A stretch of 64,000 nucleotides of DNA from an uncultured Anaeromyxobacteraceae bacterium. Its GTDB lineage: Bacteria > Myxococcota_A > UBA9042 > DTJE01. The notes below the pieces were generated by a model. The model ran no database searches. It was not told where the DNA came from and saw nothing but the letters and a program-made list of their open reading frames with translations. The stretch lies in the NCBI GenBank assembly GCA_964470365.1, contig CAYYCO010000002.1, positions 76,044-140,043 on the forward strand, given 5' to 3'. This document shows, piece by piece, positions 20,601-29,699 of the stretch (within the stretch, counting starts at the first letter, position 1; every line of letters begins with the position of its first letter). A program made the translations under genes and the position numbers.

Positions 20601-23600
20601 GCCGTTGCAGTTGGTCTTGCGTTCATGTTGGCAGTAACCGGCCAGGCAGACGTCGTCGGTGCACGGGTTCGGTTCGTCGGTACATTCGGTCCCGTCCGGG
20701 AAGGCGCCGCGCACGCAGAGGTAATCACCCCATTCGATGTTCTGGCAGATGCCCTCGTTGCAGTCGTCGCCGGTGTCCGAACAGTCGACCATGGTGCCGA
20801 AGCCGCACATGCCGTTATTGCACACGTCGTTCGAACAGCCGAGGCCGTCGAATTCGCACGGGGTGCCATTGTCCCTCTTCCATTCCGAGCACGCGTCGGC
20901 ACCCTCGTCGCAGTAGCCTTCCACGCAGGAAGCACAGTGCCCGTCGGTGCAGTCGATATCGGTGACCGCGCAGTCGCGCGGGCCACCGCCGGTGCAGGCG
21001 CTGATCGAATCCTCGCCGACAAGGCAGTAATCCTGGATCGTGCAGAACATGCCGTCTTCGCACGGGGTGTAGTTCAAAGCGTTGCGCATCTTGCACACGC
21101 CGTCGAACGGGTCGCAGACGTTTGAACGGCACGCGACGCCGGGTTCGGCACAGACGACCGGGGCGTCGGCCAGTTCGCACATCCTGTCGTCGTTGCAGAC
21201 CCAGGTCGTACCGTTGCACTTGTTGCCGTCGTCCCCGCAGGCCGAATCGAGGCCGCTCGGACAGCCGCAGAGGAGCGTCGGCCCGGGCATGCAGAGGCCG
21301 CCCTGGCAGAAGTCGCCGCCATTGCACAATTCACCGTCATTGCAGGGGGTTTCATCGGCGGCCTGGACGATCGTGCACTGATCCAGGTCCTCCGAACATG
21401 TACCCACCGTGCAGGTGCCGGACAGGTAGCCGCAATCCATCGGATCGCCGGCCATGCAACTGCCCGCCTGACAGAAGTCGTCCTCGGTGCAGAAGGAGCC
21501 GTCATCGCACGGAGAACCGTTGGTCGCCGCGGTTTCGACGCACTCGCCGGTGTCGGGCTGGCAGGTGTTTTCCATGCAGGGATTGTCGAGCGGCCTGCAC
21601 TGCTTGAGCGAATGTACGCACACGCCGCCGGCCGATACGTTGGTGCACGAATCAAGGGTGCAGAGGTTGCCGTCGTCGCATTCCGCATTGCGGAAGCAGC
21701 CCGCACTGACGACATAAATCGTGAAGTACACGAGTTGCCCCGTCATCCCGGTTACGTTATCCCAGACCTTGAGGGTCCAGTCGCCTGCGATGGGCAAACG
21801 CTTGAAATCAAGCATCTGGCCGGGGCCGGCAACGGGATCCCAGTCGTACACGTCGTGGAAGCCCGCGTTGGTGCCACCCTTGGCGTCGCGGAGGCGTACG
21901 CACACGTCCTCGTGGCAGAGTTCGGCGCGGAGGTCGCCGGCGGCCGGGTGGATCGTCCGGATCTTGACCTTGACCTTCGACACGTAGCCGTTGGCGTTGA
22001 TTTTGAGAACCTTGGTCAGACCGGCCGGGTCGTTGTCGGGAATGTCGGCCGGAAGGTCGTTGACCCAGTCGTATTCGTAGGGCGTGCCCTCGATCGTGCG
22101 GCACACGCAAAGGGATTCGCCGGTGCCCGGGTCGATGTCGACAGCGGGGTCGCAGACGCGATCTTCCGTGCCGCCGATAAGACAGACCTCGTTCCGGAAG
22201 CAGTCGTCATGGGTGGAGCACGGGCCGCCGCAGGCCTGAATGACTTCATTCACGCATTCGCCGGTTGCGGGATCGCATGAATCGACGGTACACGTCAGGC
22301 CGTCGTCGCAGCCCCTCGGAGTGAACACGCATACGCCCGCCGGGCAGGAAGCGACCTGGCAGAGGGAAGCCGGGCATTCGTCCGCATCGCTGCACGAAAC
22401 GTCGGCCAGTTCGGCGAAGAAATGCCATTCTTCAAACGTACCGTCCGAGAAACTTGGATCGGTGTCTTCGGCAACGACGGTCCATGTGCCGACGGAGCCC
22501 TCGCCGTCGAAAGCGGTGACCGGCTGGAACGACGGAACACCGATGTCATAGGTTTCATAGATGCTGGTTTTCGGGTCGGCGAAGCTGCTGTTGCGGAGTA
22601 TCGCGGAGGTGCCGGCCGGGCTGGTGACGGTAAGTTTGACGTCGCCGCGGTATTCGTGCTGGAGGCCGACCTTGAAGTTCGAATTCGCGACCACGCCGTT
22701 TGCCGGCACGTTAACTGCGCAGGAGGCCATGACGGGCGCGGCGCCGAAGTCGGCCTGGCAGTCGGCGTCGAAACGGAACCCGGGAATGTCGACGCAGTAG
22801 CCCAGGGAGGTGTCACAGGCCTGGTTGATGCCGCACGACGGGGTTCCATCCGGGCGGAACTTGTCGTTTTCACACGGAACACACGGGTTGACCTGCAGAT
22901 TGATGCATTCCCCGACGTTGCAGTAATCGGTGGTGCAGACCTCGAAGTCCTGGCAGTTTTCGACCACCGTGCAGGACGGATAGCCGTATTCGAGGAAGTT
23001 CAGGTACATGGTCATCAACTGGTTCGTCGACATGGCCCCGTTGTACCCGAGGGCGCCGAACGGCAGCGATGAACCGATCGTGCGCCGGTAGAGCGGGTTG
23101 TTGTCGACGTCGACGCCGACCTGTTCTTCGTATGAAACCGCGACGGCGAACGGATCGTTCACGGCAGCGTTTCGGACGATTTCACGGCCGCCACCCTCCG
23201 ACACGTGGCGCAGCTTGTCGATCCACGCGTTGACCGTACCGGTCTGGGACACGTTGAAGGAGGCGCCGTGCAGGAAGTTGTAACCGGAAACCGGGCCGGC
23301 CATGCGCATGACGCCGCCGTCCGAAGTGGCCTCCGTCTTGAAGTACGGATGCAGGACGGTGGATGCCTGCGAACCGGACGTCGTGTAGAAGAAGTCGCCG
23401 CCCTCGAGGTAGACCTTGCCGCCCTGATCAAGGTACAGACGCAGGCGCGCGGCGTTCATCGGGGACAACGGAGCGTAGCGGCCCTTCACGCCGAGTACGG
23501 CGAAGACGCCGGTGTATTTCGTGAGATCGGGAACCATCGACAGGTCGGTGATGATCTGGGCCTTGCGGCCGGAATCGATGATCGCCTGCTTGATCGCGAC

Positions 23601-26243
23601 GGCGCTGGGGTCGGTCACGCCGAGCGGCGACCACACGATGTAGCCGTCCTCCAGGAGCACCGTGAGATCGAATTTGGTCAGCGATTCAAACGGGGCGTGC
23701 AGTCTGTATTTGCCGGTCTTGTCGTATTCGTCCTGGGAAACGAGCCCCATGCGGTACGAACCCGCGTAGTCCTCGTTACAGGACGGCTTCACGTCAACGC
23801 CGCAGTAGTAGTAACCGTCGACCGCCATTGCGGGCACGCCGCAGACAAGCTGGACCATGCCGGGGAGCGTATCGCAGGAGCCGCCCTGACCGACGTCCGG
23901 CGCGCCGGCCGTGAACGGGGGCTGGTCGAGCGGTTCGCCGTCCAGGCGGGACAGGGGGAATCCGAAGAACTGCCAGGTCGAGTTGCTGGCGTCCGGATCC
24001 CGGTAGCACATGAAGATCCTGACCCAGTCGCAGGAGCCGACCGTCAGGGCGGGCATTTCCTTTTCGGCCGGCGACTGGGCGATCAGCGTGGCGTTGTATA
24101 CGCTGCACGCACTGCCGCCCTGCGGGCATCGGTAAGCCTTGGCCTTGATGAATTGGTTGGTCACGCCGGCCGCGACCTTGACGTCGTCGATTTCCCAGGA
24201 ATTCATCATGTATGTCGAACCCGGGGCGGTGTCGAGCAGGAAGCCGATTTTGAGCGACGGCGAATATTTGATCGCTTCGGGCAGTTCGGCTGTCGCGAGC
24301 TGATATTCCAGGTCATGGTTTACCGTGGTTTCCCAGACGACGGCGCCGTTGAGGAAATCGTTGTTGTCGGTCGCGACGACCTTCAGTTTGATGGACTGGC
24401 CGGGAGCCGCGTGTTTGTATGACATGCGCCACTGCAGGGTCGTCTTGCCGAGGTTGTTGAACATGTCGCGTGCGGCGGTGGTGCCGTCAAGCTGCGGCGA
24501 TATGGCGACCGTCTTGACGACGATCGTCGGCAGCGGGTCCCACGTGAACGCCAGGTGCGTGTCGGGACCGAGGTCACCGACGGCCGAATTCAGTTTCCAG
24601 TGATCGACTGAAGCGGTCTGGAAGTCGCGGGTCGTCCAGCCGATCTCGGGCAGGACGGAGACGCCGTCGAACGGTTCGACGTAGGGCAGTTCAAGGGTGC
24701 AAGACGCATCGTAAGGATGCTGACAGGTGAATCTGCCGGAAATCGGTTCCAGCAGGCAGTTTTCGGCGGTGCAGGGGTTGCCGTCGTCGGCGTGTTCCTT
24801 GCACCATTCTTTGTCCCAGCAGCAGTCCGTGGTCGACCACGAATGGCGGCAGCTGCTGAGGAAGCAGGTATCGGTCGTGCAGGGATCGTTGTCTTCGCAG
24901 TCGGCGGCCGTCACGCAGCAGTCGGCCTGCATTTTTTCCCTGGTGCAGACATGGCCCCAGCACATGTCGTAGGTGCACGCGTTTCCGTCGTCGCAGTCGG
25001 AATTCAGGTTGCAGCAGTTTTCGAGGGGTGCGCCCGCCGAGCAGATGTTGGTGCCCATGTCGCAGAAGTCGGGGGTGCAGAATTTCTTGTCGTCGCACTG
25101 GGCGTTGGCGAAAGCGGTACGTTCCAGTTCGCTTGCCCACGGCAGGCCCGTCTTCGGGTTCTTGTCCGCCGGCGCGTAGCAGCAGCCCGGGTTGATGTTG
25201 TACGCCGAGTAGACGCAGCGGTTGCTGGTGCAGTAGTCGGCGTTGCACGGGTTGCCGTCGAAGCATTCCGAAACGTCGTGGCAGCACATCGGGATTTTGT
25301 CGTTGGTGCACCTGAGCGTGTTCAGGTTGCAGACGTCCTGCGTGCAGACCTCGCTGTCGTTGCAGTCGGCATTCACGAGGCAGCATTCGGGCTGGCGCGG
25401 ATTGGTGCATACGCCGGCCGTGCAGGCGTCGAACGTGCAGACGTTCCCGTCGTAGCAGGCCGCATGGTTCTGTTCGACATACCCGTCGTTCCTGGCGCCT
25501 GGCGTACCCTTGTCGCCGGTCCCGAACACCTTGGTGGAAACCACGAAATTGGAGTCTTCCCAGGACGTCGGGTCATTCGGGAGTTCCGGTATGACCATCG
25601 CGGCGTTGTCGAGATACGGGTGCTTGAGTCCGACCGATGCCGCGGCCGGCGCCGAAGTCGTGAAGCCCGCATCCGGGCCGTAGACGACGCGGTCGATTTC
25701 AGCGGCCTGCGGGTCCAGGAGGAGGACCGAGTCGCCGCCGTTGACGAGCGCGAAGTTGGTCAGCTGGTAGGCACAGGTAACGCCGCCGTTCAGGCTGGCA
25801 TTACTGTTGCGGCAAAGCACCAGGTACCCCCCTGAAGGAATGACGAGGCTGCCGACGATCTGATGGATGCCGGGCCCGTCTTCGGCGATGTACCAGCCGG
25901 CCAGGTCGACCGCGGCTGCCGTCGGGTTGTACAGCTCTATCCATTCGCCGTTTGCGTCACCGACGGCAACCGGGTCGATCATCAGTTCGTTGATGACGAC
26001 GTGGTTGACCGTCGGAGTGCACGTCTTGGCATCGCGGGTCTGGAGTTCCCGCGTGGCAACGGCCGATTCGACTGGTTCCTCTTCCACGGCGGCATCGACC
26101 GCCGCAACGTCCGTGACGACCTGGTCGGACGCCGTCAGGGCACCCGCAAGGGCGAGGTTGTCATGGCCGCCTTCAGAGCAACCGGCGATGGCCCCGGCCG
26201 AAAAAACCGCCAGAACCGCAAGACAGAAAGGATGGAGCTTCAT
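17637..26243 (-). CDS. giant cysteine-rich surface lipoprotein of about 2,868 aa (lamin-tail domain, MXAN-type Cys-rich repeats, three proprotein-convertase P-domain-like modules, PPC-like domain)
   Basis: Start set at MKLHPF... (SD AAGGAGG 5 nt upstream; lipobox IAGC). LTD motif VVINELMIDP...GEWIELYNP...DLAGWYI. Dozens of C-x-D-x-N-x-C-T-x-D-x-C repeats. Three GxWTLxVxD...G.L..W/F segments and a PPC-like DxxDxYxF...YYVGV segment. About 230 Cys by hand count. Confidence 0.85.
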   Translation of the reverse strand: MKLHPFCLAVLAVFSAGAIAGCSEGGHDNLALAGALTASDQVVTDVAAVDAAVEEEPVESAVATRELQTRDAKTCTPTVNHVVINELMIDPVAVGDANGEWIELYNPTAAAVDLAGWYIAEDGPGIHQIVGSLVIPSGGYLVLCRNSNASLNGGVTCAYQLTNFALVNGGDSVLLLDPQAAEIDRVVYGPDAGFTTSAPAAASVGLKHPYLDNAAMVIPELPNDPTSWEDSNFVVSTKVFGTGDKGTPGARNDGYVEQNHAACYDGNVCTFDACTAGVCTNPRQPECCLVNADCNDSEVCTQDVCNLNTLRCTNDKIPMCCHDVSECFDGNPCNADYCTSNRCVYSAYNINPGCCYAPADKNPKTGLPWASELERTAFANAQCDDKKFCTPDFCDMGTNICSAGAPLENCCNLNSDCDDGNACTYDMCWGHVCTREKMQADCCVTAADCEDNDPCTTDTCFLSSCRHSWSTTDCCWDKEWCKEHADDGNPCTAENCLLEPISGRFTCQHPYDASCTLELPYVEPFDGVSVLPEIGWTTRDFQTASVDHWKLNSAVGDLGPDTHLAFTWDPLPTIVVKTVAISPQLDGTTAARDMFNNLGKTTLQWRMSYKHAAPGQSIKLKVVATDNNDFLNGAVVWETTVNHDLEYQLATAELPEAIKYSPSLKIGFLLDTAPGSTYMMNSWEIDDVKVAAGVTNQFIKAKAYRCPQGGSACSVYNATLIAQSPAEKEMPALTVGSCDWVRIFMCYRDPDASNSTWQFFGFPLSRLDGEPLDQPPFTAGAPDVGQGGSCDTLPGMVQLVCGVPAMAVDGYYYCGVDVKPSCNEDYAGSYRMGLVSQDEYDKTGKYRLHAPFESLTKFDLTVLLEDGYIVWSPLGVTDPSAVAIKQAIIDSGRKAQIITDLSMVPDLTKYTGVFAVLGVKGRYAPLSPMNAARLRLYLDQGGKVYLEGGDFFYTTSGSQASTVLHPYFKTEATSDGGVMRMAGPVSGYNFLHGASFNVSQTGTVNAWIDKLRHVSEGGGREIVRNAAVNDPFAVAVSYEEQVGVDVDNNPLYRRTIGSSLPFGALGYNGAMSTNQLMTMYLNFLEYGYPSCTVVENCQDFEVCTTDYCNVGECINLQVNPCVPCENDKFRPDGTPSCGINQACDTSLGYCVDIPGFRFDADCQADFGAAPVMASCAVNVPANGVVANSNFKVGLQHEYRGDVKLTVTSPAGTSAILRNSSFADPKTSIYETYDIGVPSFQPVTAFDGEGSVGTWTVVAEDTDPSFSDGTFEEWHFFAELADVSCSDADECPASLCQVASCPAGVCVFTPRGCDDGLTCTVDSCDPATGECVNEVIQACGGPCSTHDDCFRNEVCLIGGTEDRVCDPAVDIDPGTGESLCVCRTIEGTPYEYDWVNDLPADIPDNDPAGLTKVLKINANGYVSKVKVKIRTIHPAAGDLRAELCHEDVCVRLRDAKGGTNAGFHDVYDWDPVAGPGQMLDFKRLPIAGDWTLKVWDNVTGMTGQLVYFTIYVVSAGCFRNAECDDGNLCTLDSCTNVSAGGVCVHSLKQCRPLDNPCMENTCQPDTGECVETAATNGSPCDDGSFCTEDDFCQAGSCMAGDPMDCGYLSGTCTVGTCSEDLDQCTIVQAADETPCNDGELCNGGDFCQGGLCMPGPTLLCGCPSGLDSACGDDGNKCNGTTWVCNDDRMCELADAPVVCAEPGVACRSNVCDPFDGVCKMRNALNYTPCEDGMFCTIQDYCLVGEDSISACTGGGPRDCAVTDIDCTDGHCASCVEGYCDEGADACSEWKRDNGTPCEFDGLGCSNDVCNNGMCGFGTMVDCSDTGDDCNEGICQNIEWGDYLCVRGAFPDGTECTDEPNPCTDDVCLAGYCQHERKTNCNGQCGGEHPFDAGDDDCGFEDSCVGGIDGYPRGGCNPTCPDGMCYKASSGTVDLAINERVNGNGCTNVMVPVTTGFAYVLNAELKMKISHEAIGELQIDVIDPQGARHRVWNNLGAENDGFANTFDVSFPITYPGNETSGQPMCALKGEAMDGIWTVQVCDGATGNSGTLHEFSLYMKGSDDPTLNLGSRCETPIDLGNQDQNPAINVDGTLACAINSVNDSGCGGLDGPDRIYKFSLGVAKRVTVRLLPVPGNRLILFLKGADGATCAAGSIRCAESTDTEPAEIDVQLQPGEYYVGVDTNSGMFAYTPFRFELRVKTLVENGGDCTDLVLGEQHLDCVSLHCQNGFCCGSGDCCPAAAWDVPQDGEDPNQLWADPDWMTTDLVCNRVGAGVYSEDPICNDPDTTDPLNPISFCQGKRWDARCVNFECVKTEVPDDTACDDTVESDRCGYYYSMFCGDYGPFDSVLVPQVQSKPDCLTYCTSNTDCDANAHCDPVVATDVDPDPSLRAMFCVADLPNGAASNEDSDCISGHSKNGFCCSEGDCCPTADAAGAAECPAIYTTPASCDTVADPITGDLVCEGHRKDPICVDNKCGDQLVRDDCRCGGSIADNCGAYIPARCPVSSFSTPAVCPGAGWLAPWDGGGTECLTSCLTAGVPDDSKCDDDARCDWDEDNPTNAICIPLVPNGGPCENDFECLNQQWLPGGIGHCQNDFCCDFGDCCARNTDCPTVDPREGYWAPANCDDWKTCQGTEQRATCVDARCGSEYLPEDSDCVYDPGHISDDCGYYLPVFCNGGIDQIDPPCPTTCYDGGTKIENDDVCDPNAHCDPVAPTYSNAVCMANLANNQPCDENSDCVSGFCQTGYCCDVGGCCAGCKVTNATPSFGNAGYPNPPATGPSGPGPLSTESGFIQFAPTVPTASRPATGGRTVGTSLGTFEGVTVVTSCWNFVKDQSETDVDCGGRVCKDCAAGKHCVYGTDCVSGTCLNGLCQ

Positions 26244-26462
26244 GGCGCCTCCTTGACCGGTGATAGCACCCGTCACGCAAACATTGCACACCTGTGGCAA
26301 CACCATCGACGCAATTATCGACAAAAGCCCAACAAATCCGGGCAGTCTGCCCATATTGCCGGCGGTTCCGCCACAGCGGAATAAAACACCGGGTTTTCTC
26401 GACAGCAGGTTTCGTGCCAATGCAGTCTCCTTCCGGTGCAATTCTCGATCGTGCGGAGGGCG

Positions 26463-26493
26463 CTTCCTGATTCTGAAAAACTGGCGTTATAAT
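26463..26493 (+). promoter_or_regulatory. possible sigma-70 promoter (perfect TATAAT -10) for the divergent lipoprotein gene
   Basis: TATAAT at 26488-26493 with a weak -35 (TTCCTG) 17 bp upstream, 68 nt before the ATG at 26561. Confidence 0.25.
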
Positions 26494-26560
26494 GCCCGCG
26501 GTTGCCGGCCGGAATCCGCCGGACGGTGTTGACGGCTTCGCCGGTTCGCTGGAGGAACAA

Positions 26561-27028
26561 ATGAAACGCGCCATCTTCATCATAGTCGCCGCGACCTTCC
26601 TGACCGCTTTCGCTGCATGCGGTTCCGGTGGCGGCAAGGAACCCGCGACGCCGGAACAGGCCCAGCCCGCGGCCGAACAGGCCCAGCCGGCCCCGGCGCC
26701 TCAACCCGCCGCGCCCGTCGAGGCGGCAAAACCGGCTCCGGAGGCAGCTGCAGCCCAGCCGGCCGCAGCCGAACCCGAGGGCGCCGAGGACCCGGACGAC
26801 GAATCCTGGGGCGGCGACGGCACGGTCGTGGATCGCGACAAGCTGGCGAAGGCCTACGAAGAGGTCTACTGCGCCCAGAAAAAGAACGAAATGGAAAAGA
26901 TTCTGGACATTTACAAGAACTACGGCTTTGAAAAGCCCGAAGATTTCATTTCGATGTGGATGGAAGCTGCGAAGGATACCGGTTGGGTCACGAAGGTCGC
27001 CCACGATGCCGCTTCGAAGTGCAAGTGA
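26561..27028 (+). CDS. small hypothetical lipoprotein with a Pro/Ala/Gln-rich linker
   Basis: Internal ATG (MKRAIFIIVAATFLTAFAACG, lipobox FAAC) preceded by GGAGGAA. C-terminal roughly 80-aa globular region. Confidence 0.5.
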   Translation: MKRAIFIIVAATFLTAFAACGSGGGKEPATPEQAQPAAEQAQPAPAPQPAAPVEAAKPAPEAAAAQPAAAEPEGAEDPDDESWGGDGTVVDRDKLAKAYEEVYCAQKKNEMEKILDIYKNYGFEKPEDFISMWMEAAKDTGWVTKVAHDAASKCK

Positions 27029-27040
27029 ACCCGGATCCCT

Positions 27041-27850
27041 TCACTTCCTTTCCGCGACGTCCGACGGCTTCATCGGCACCACGAACAGCTTCGTATTGAC
27101 CTCGTTCCTTCCGACGTAAAAATCACAGCCGAAGACCTTTTTCAGGACGGGGTAAAGCATTACCTCGTCGGGCCTGCCCGCGGCCACGACGCGACCGCCG
27201 TTCACAAGCACGAGCCTGTCGCAGACCAGCAGCGCCACATTCAGGTCGTGGATGGCGGCGACGACGCAGACTCCCTCCGACGATGCACGGGCGGCAAGCC
27301 CGTCGAGCATCCGGACGGAGTGGGATGCGTCCAGGTTGGCGGTCGGTTCGTCCAGCAGCAGCAGACGCGAGCCCTGGGCAACCGCCCTTGCAAGCAGCAC
27401 GCGCCTCTGTTCGCCGGCCGACAGTTCCATGTACTGCCTGGCGGCAAAATCCGAAACGTCGGCGAATTCCATCGCTTCCCGGACCGCGGCACGGTCCCCG
27501 GACGACTCGAAGACACCCCTGAGGTGGCTGATTCTACCAAGCGCGACCAGTTCGGCGACCGTCAGCGGAAAGCCCACGTGAAGGCTCGACGGCAGGAACG
27601 CGGCAAGCCTGGCCGCCTGCCTGCGCGGGATCGTTGCGGGATCCCTGCCGAAAACCCTGACCGAACCACCGCATGGACTGATGAGGCCGGCGGCAAGCCT
27701 GAGTATCGTCGATTTCCCGGCCCCGTTCGGCCCGAGGATGCCGGTGAAGGTCCCCGGCTCGAAGATTCCCGATACGCCGTCGGCGGCAGGCACCGGGGCA
27801 CCTGGCCATCTGAAAGACACGTCTTCCATCACGAGCGGGATCGGCGTCAT
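27041..27850 (-). CDS. btuD: ABC transporter ATP-binding protein (BtuD/FecE family)
   Basis: Walker A GPNGAGKST. ABC signature LSAGEQRR. Walker B LLLLDEPTANLD. In an operon with FecCD permease and a class-III substrate-binding protein, downstream of a cobalamin riboswitch. Confidence 0.85.
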   Translation of the reverse strand: MTPIPLVMEDVSFRWPGAPVPAADGVSGIFEPGTFTGILGPNGAGKSTILRLAAGLISPCGGSVRVFGRDPATIPRRQAARLAAFLPSSLHVGFPLTVAELVALGRISHLRGVFESSGDRAAVREAMEFADVSDFAARQYMELSAGEQRRVLLARAVAQGSRLLLLDEPTANLDASHSVRMLDGLAARASSEGVCVVAAIHDLNVALLVCDRLVLVNGGRVVAAGRPDEVMLYPVLKKVFGCDFYVGRNEVNTKLFVVPMKPSDVAERK

Positions 27851-28854
27851 CGGTTACCCCTCTTGAGCAGCCAGACGAACACCGGTCCGCCCACCAGCGC
27901 GGTAAGGACGCCCACGGGGGCCTCCGTCTGGAAGACCGGGAAAAGCACCCTGGTGGCGACGTCGGCAAGCACGAGGAAGGCCGCGCCCGCAAGCATCGAG
28001 GCCGGAACGGTGAACCTGTGATCCGAACCGACCAGCGCCCGGACCCCGTGGGGCACGATCAGGCCGACGAACCCGATCATCCCCGACACGGAAACCGCCG
28101 AGGCCACCAGCAGCGACCCCGCCGCCAGCACGATGCGCGTGGTCCGCTGCGTGTCGACGCCGACCGAGGCCGCGTCTTCCTCGCCGACGGTCAGAGCGTT
28201 CAGATCCGGCGACAGCCTGAACAGGACCAGACCGCCGGCCATGGTCATCACGACGGTCAGGATGACCGCCCATGGCCCGCGCACGTCGGACGAAAGGGTT
28301 CCCATGAGCCACATCAGCATTTCCTGGGCCTTCTGGGCGCGCACCACCGATTTCAGAAACATGATCACAGCCGACGCGAAGGTGTTGAATATCACGCCGA
28401 CCAGCAGCACCTCCCAGACGTTCAGACGCCCCCGCGAATCCCTCGACAGCCAGGACGTGCAGGCGATGGCCAGGAGCCCGAATACGAAGGCGAAAATGGA
28501 AACGCCGGCCTGCCCGAGAAACGCGGCGACCGGCAGGATCATGGCGAGGGTGCCGCCGACCGCCGCACCGCCCGCGACACCGATGACGTACGGATCGGCC
28601 AGAGGGTTCTTGAGGATTGCCTGGAAAGCCAGTCCGGCCGCGGCCAGCGACGCCCCGACCGAACCGCCTATGACGGTGCGGGGAAGTCTTTCACGCAGGA
28701 GGATGGCCCGATCGACCGGGGAGTCGCCGGTAATCGCGCCCAAAAAATCCATCCTGGTCGCGCCAAGCAGGATGGACAGCAGCGCCGCGCCGGCGGCGGC
28801 CAGCGCCATGATGACCAGAATTGCGGCCCTTCCGGCTTTCCCGCCCGCCATCAA
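27847..28854 (-). CDS. btuC: FecCD-family ABC permease (BtuC-like)
   Basis: About 9-10 TM helices. FecCD family pattern. 4-nt overlaps with the flanking genes. Confidence 0.85.
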   Translation of the reverse strand: MMAGGKAGRAAILVIMALAAAGAALLSILLGATRMDFLGAITGDSPVDRAILLRERLPRTVIGGSVGASLAAAGLAFQAILKNPLADPYVIGVAGGAAVGGTLAMILPVAAFLGQAGVSIFAFVFGLLAIACTSWLSRDSRGRLNVWEVLLVGVIFNTFASAVIMFLKSVVRAQKAQEMLMWLMGTLSSDVRGPWAVILTVVMTMAGGLVLFRLSPDLNALTVGEEDAASVGVDTQRTTRIVLAAGSLLVASAVSVSGMIGFVGLIVPHGVRALVGSDHRFTVPASMLAGAAFLVLADVATRVLFPVFQTEAPVGVLTALVGGPVFVWLLKRGNR

Positions 28855-29699
28855 TCATCCCCCTGCGGGGCAAGCGCCCTGATTTTTTCCGCCAGGGCCG
28901 CAGCCGCGACGACGGCGCCGGGTCCCGGAAGAAGTATCCCGTCGTCCGGGATGTGAATCACGGGGGCTTTCACGCCCGCATCCGACAGAATCGCCGCGGA
29001 CGGCTCGCCCCCCGCAATCCCGTCGATTATCAAGTCCGGCCCGGACTTTATCACCTGTTCAAGCGACCATGTGGGAAATCCGGTAGAGGACGGCCCGACC
29101 ACGTTGTCGAGCCCCATGGCCGACATGAGCTGGCCCTGGAAGGACGATGGTCCCGCGACCACCAGCGGCCTGGTTCCAACCACGAACATGGCCTTCATTC
29201 CCGGCATCCCGTTTCCCAGTTCGGACAGGCCACGATCGAATTCCGCCACCAGGCTCGAAGCCTCTGCGGGACGCCCCACCGCCGCGCCGATTGCTTTGAT
29301 TCCCGTCCGCACGTCATCGAAATCCTCAAACGCGAGCGGCAGAAACCGGACCCCGGCCGGAGCGAGGATCTCGACCAGCCTGCCTTTCAGTACGGCCGGT
29401 GAGCCGATGACGATATCCGGCCTGGCCGCCGCCACCGCCTCCACCGAGACGTCGAGGATGCCGCCGACGCGCGGTATGGCGCGGGCGGCCGCCGGTCTTT
29501 CGCAGTATCGCGTGGCCCCGACAATCTGTCCCCCGGCGCCGAGCTCGAACAGGATCAGCGTGACCCCGGGCACGAGCGAAACCACCCGGGCTTCGCGCCC
29601 CCTGCCATGTGTAACCGGCCCCGTGCCGCCGCTTCCGCACGCAGCCAGGGTCAGGGCGCACAGCACCATCATCGCGCCTGCGGTCCAGCGCATGCTCAC
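28851..29699 (-). CDS. btuF: periplasmic cobalamin/iron-complex substrate-binding lipoprotein (BtuF-like, Peripla_BP_2)
   Basis: Lipobox LAAC. RVVSLVPGVTLILFELGAGGQIVGAT...PDIVIG pattern of class-III SBPs. Confidence 0.75.
   Translation of the reverse strand: MSMRWTAGAMMVLCALTLAACGSGGTGPVTHGRGREARVVSLVPGVTLILFELGAGGQIVGATRYCERPAAARAIPRVGGILDVSVEAVAAARPDIVIGSPAVLKGRLVEILAPAGVRFLPLAFEDFDDVRTGIKAIGAAVGRPAEASSLVAEFDRGLSELGNGMPGMKAMFVVGTRPLVVAGPSSFQGQLMSAMGLDNVVGPSSTGFPTWSLEQVIKSGPDLIIDGIAGGEPSAAILSDAGVKAPVIHIPDDGILLPGPGAVVAAAALAEKIRALAPQGDD

Noticed and set aside
17694-21125. 1,143-aa plus-strand ORF, plus several other 200-400-aa ORFs on both strands at 21612-25835, all inside the giant gene region
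   Set aside because: They lie opposite or out of frame to the minus-strand gene, whose translation is full of recognisable domains (LTD, Cys repeats, P-domains). Their translations are Arg/Ala/Gly/Val low-complexity. High GC suppresses stop codons in antisense frames.
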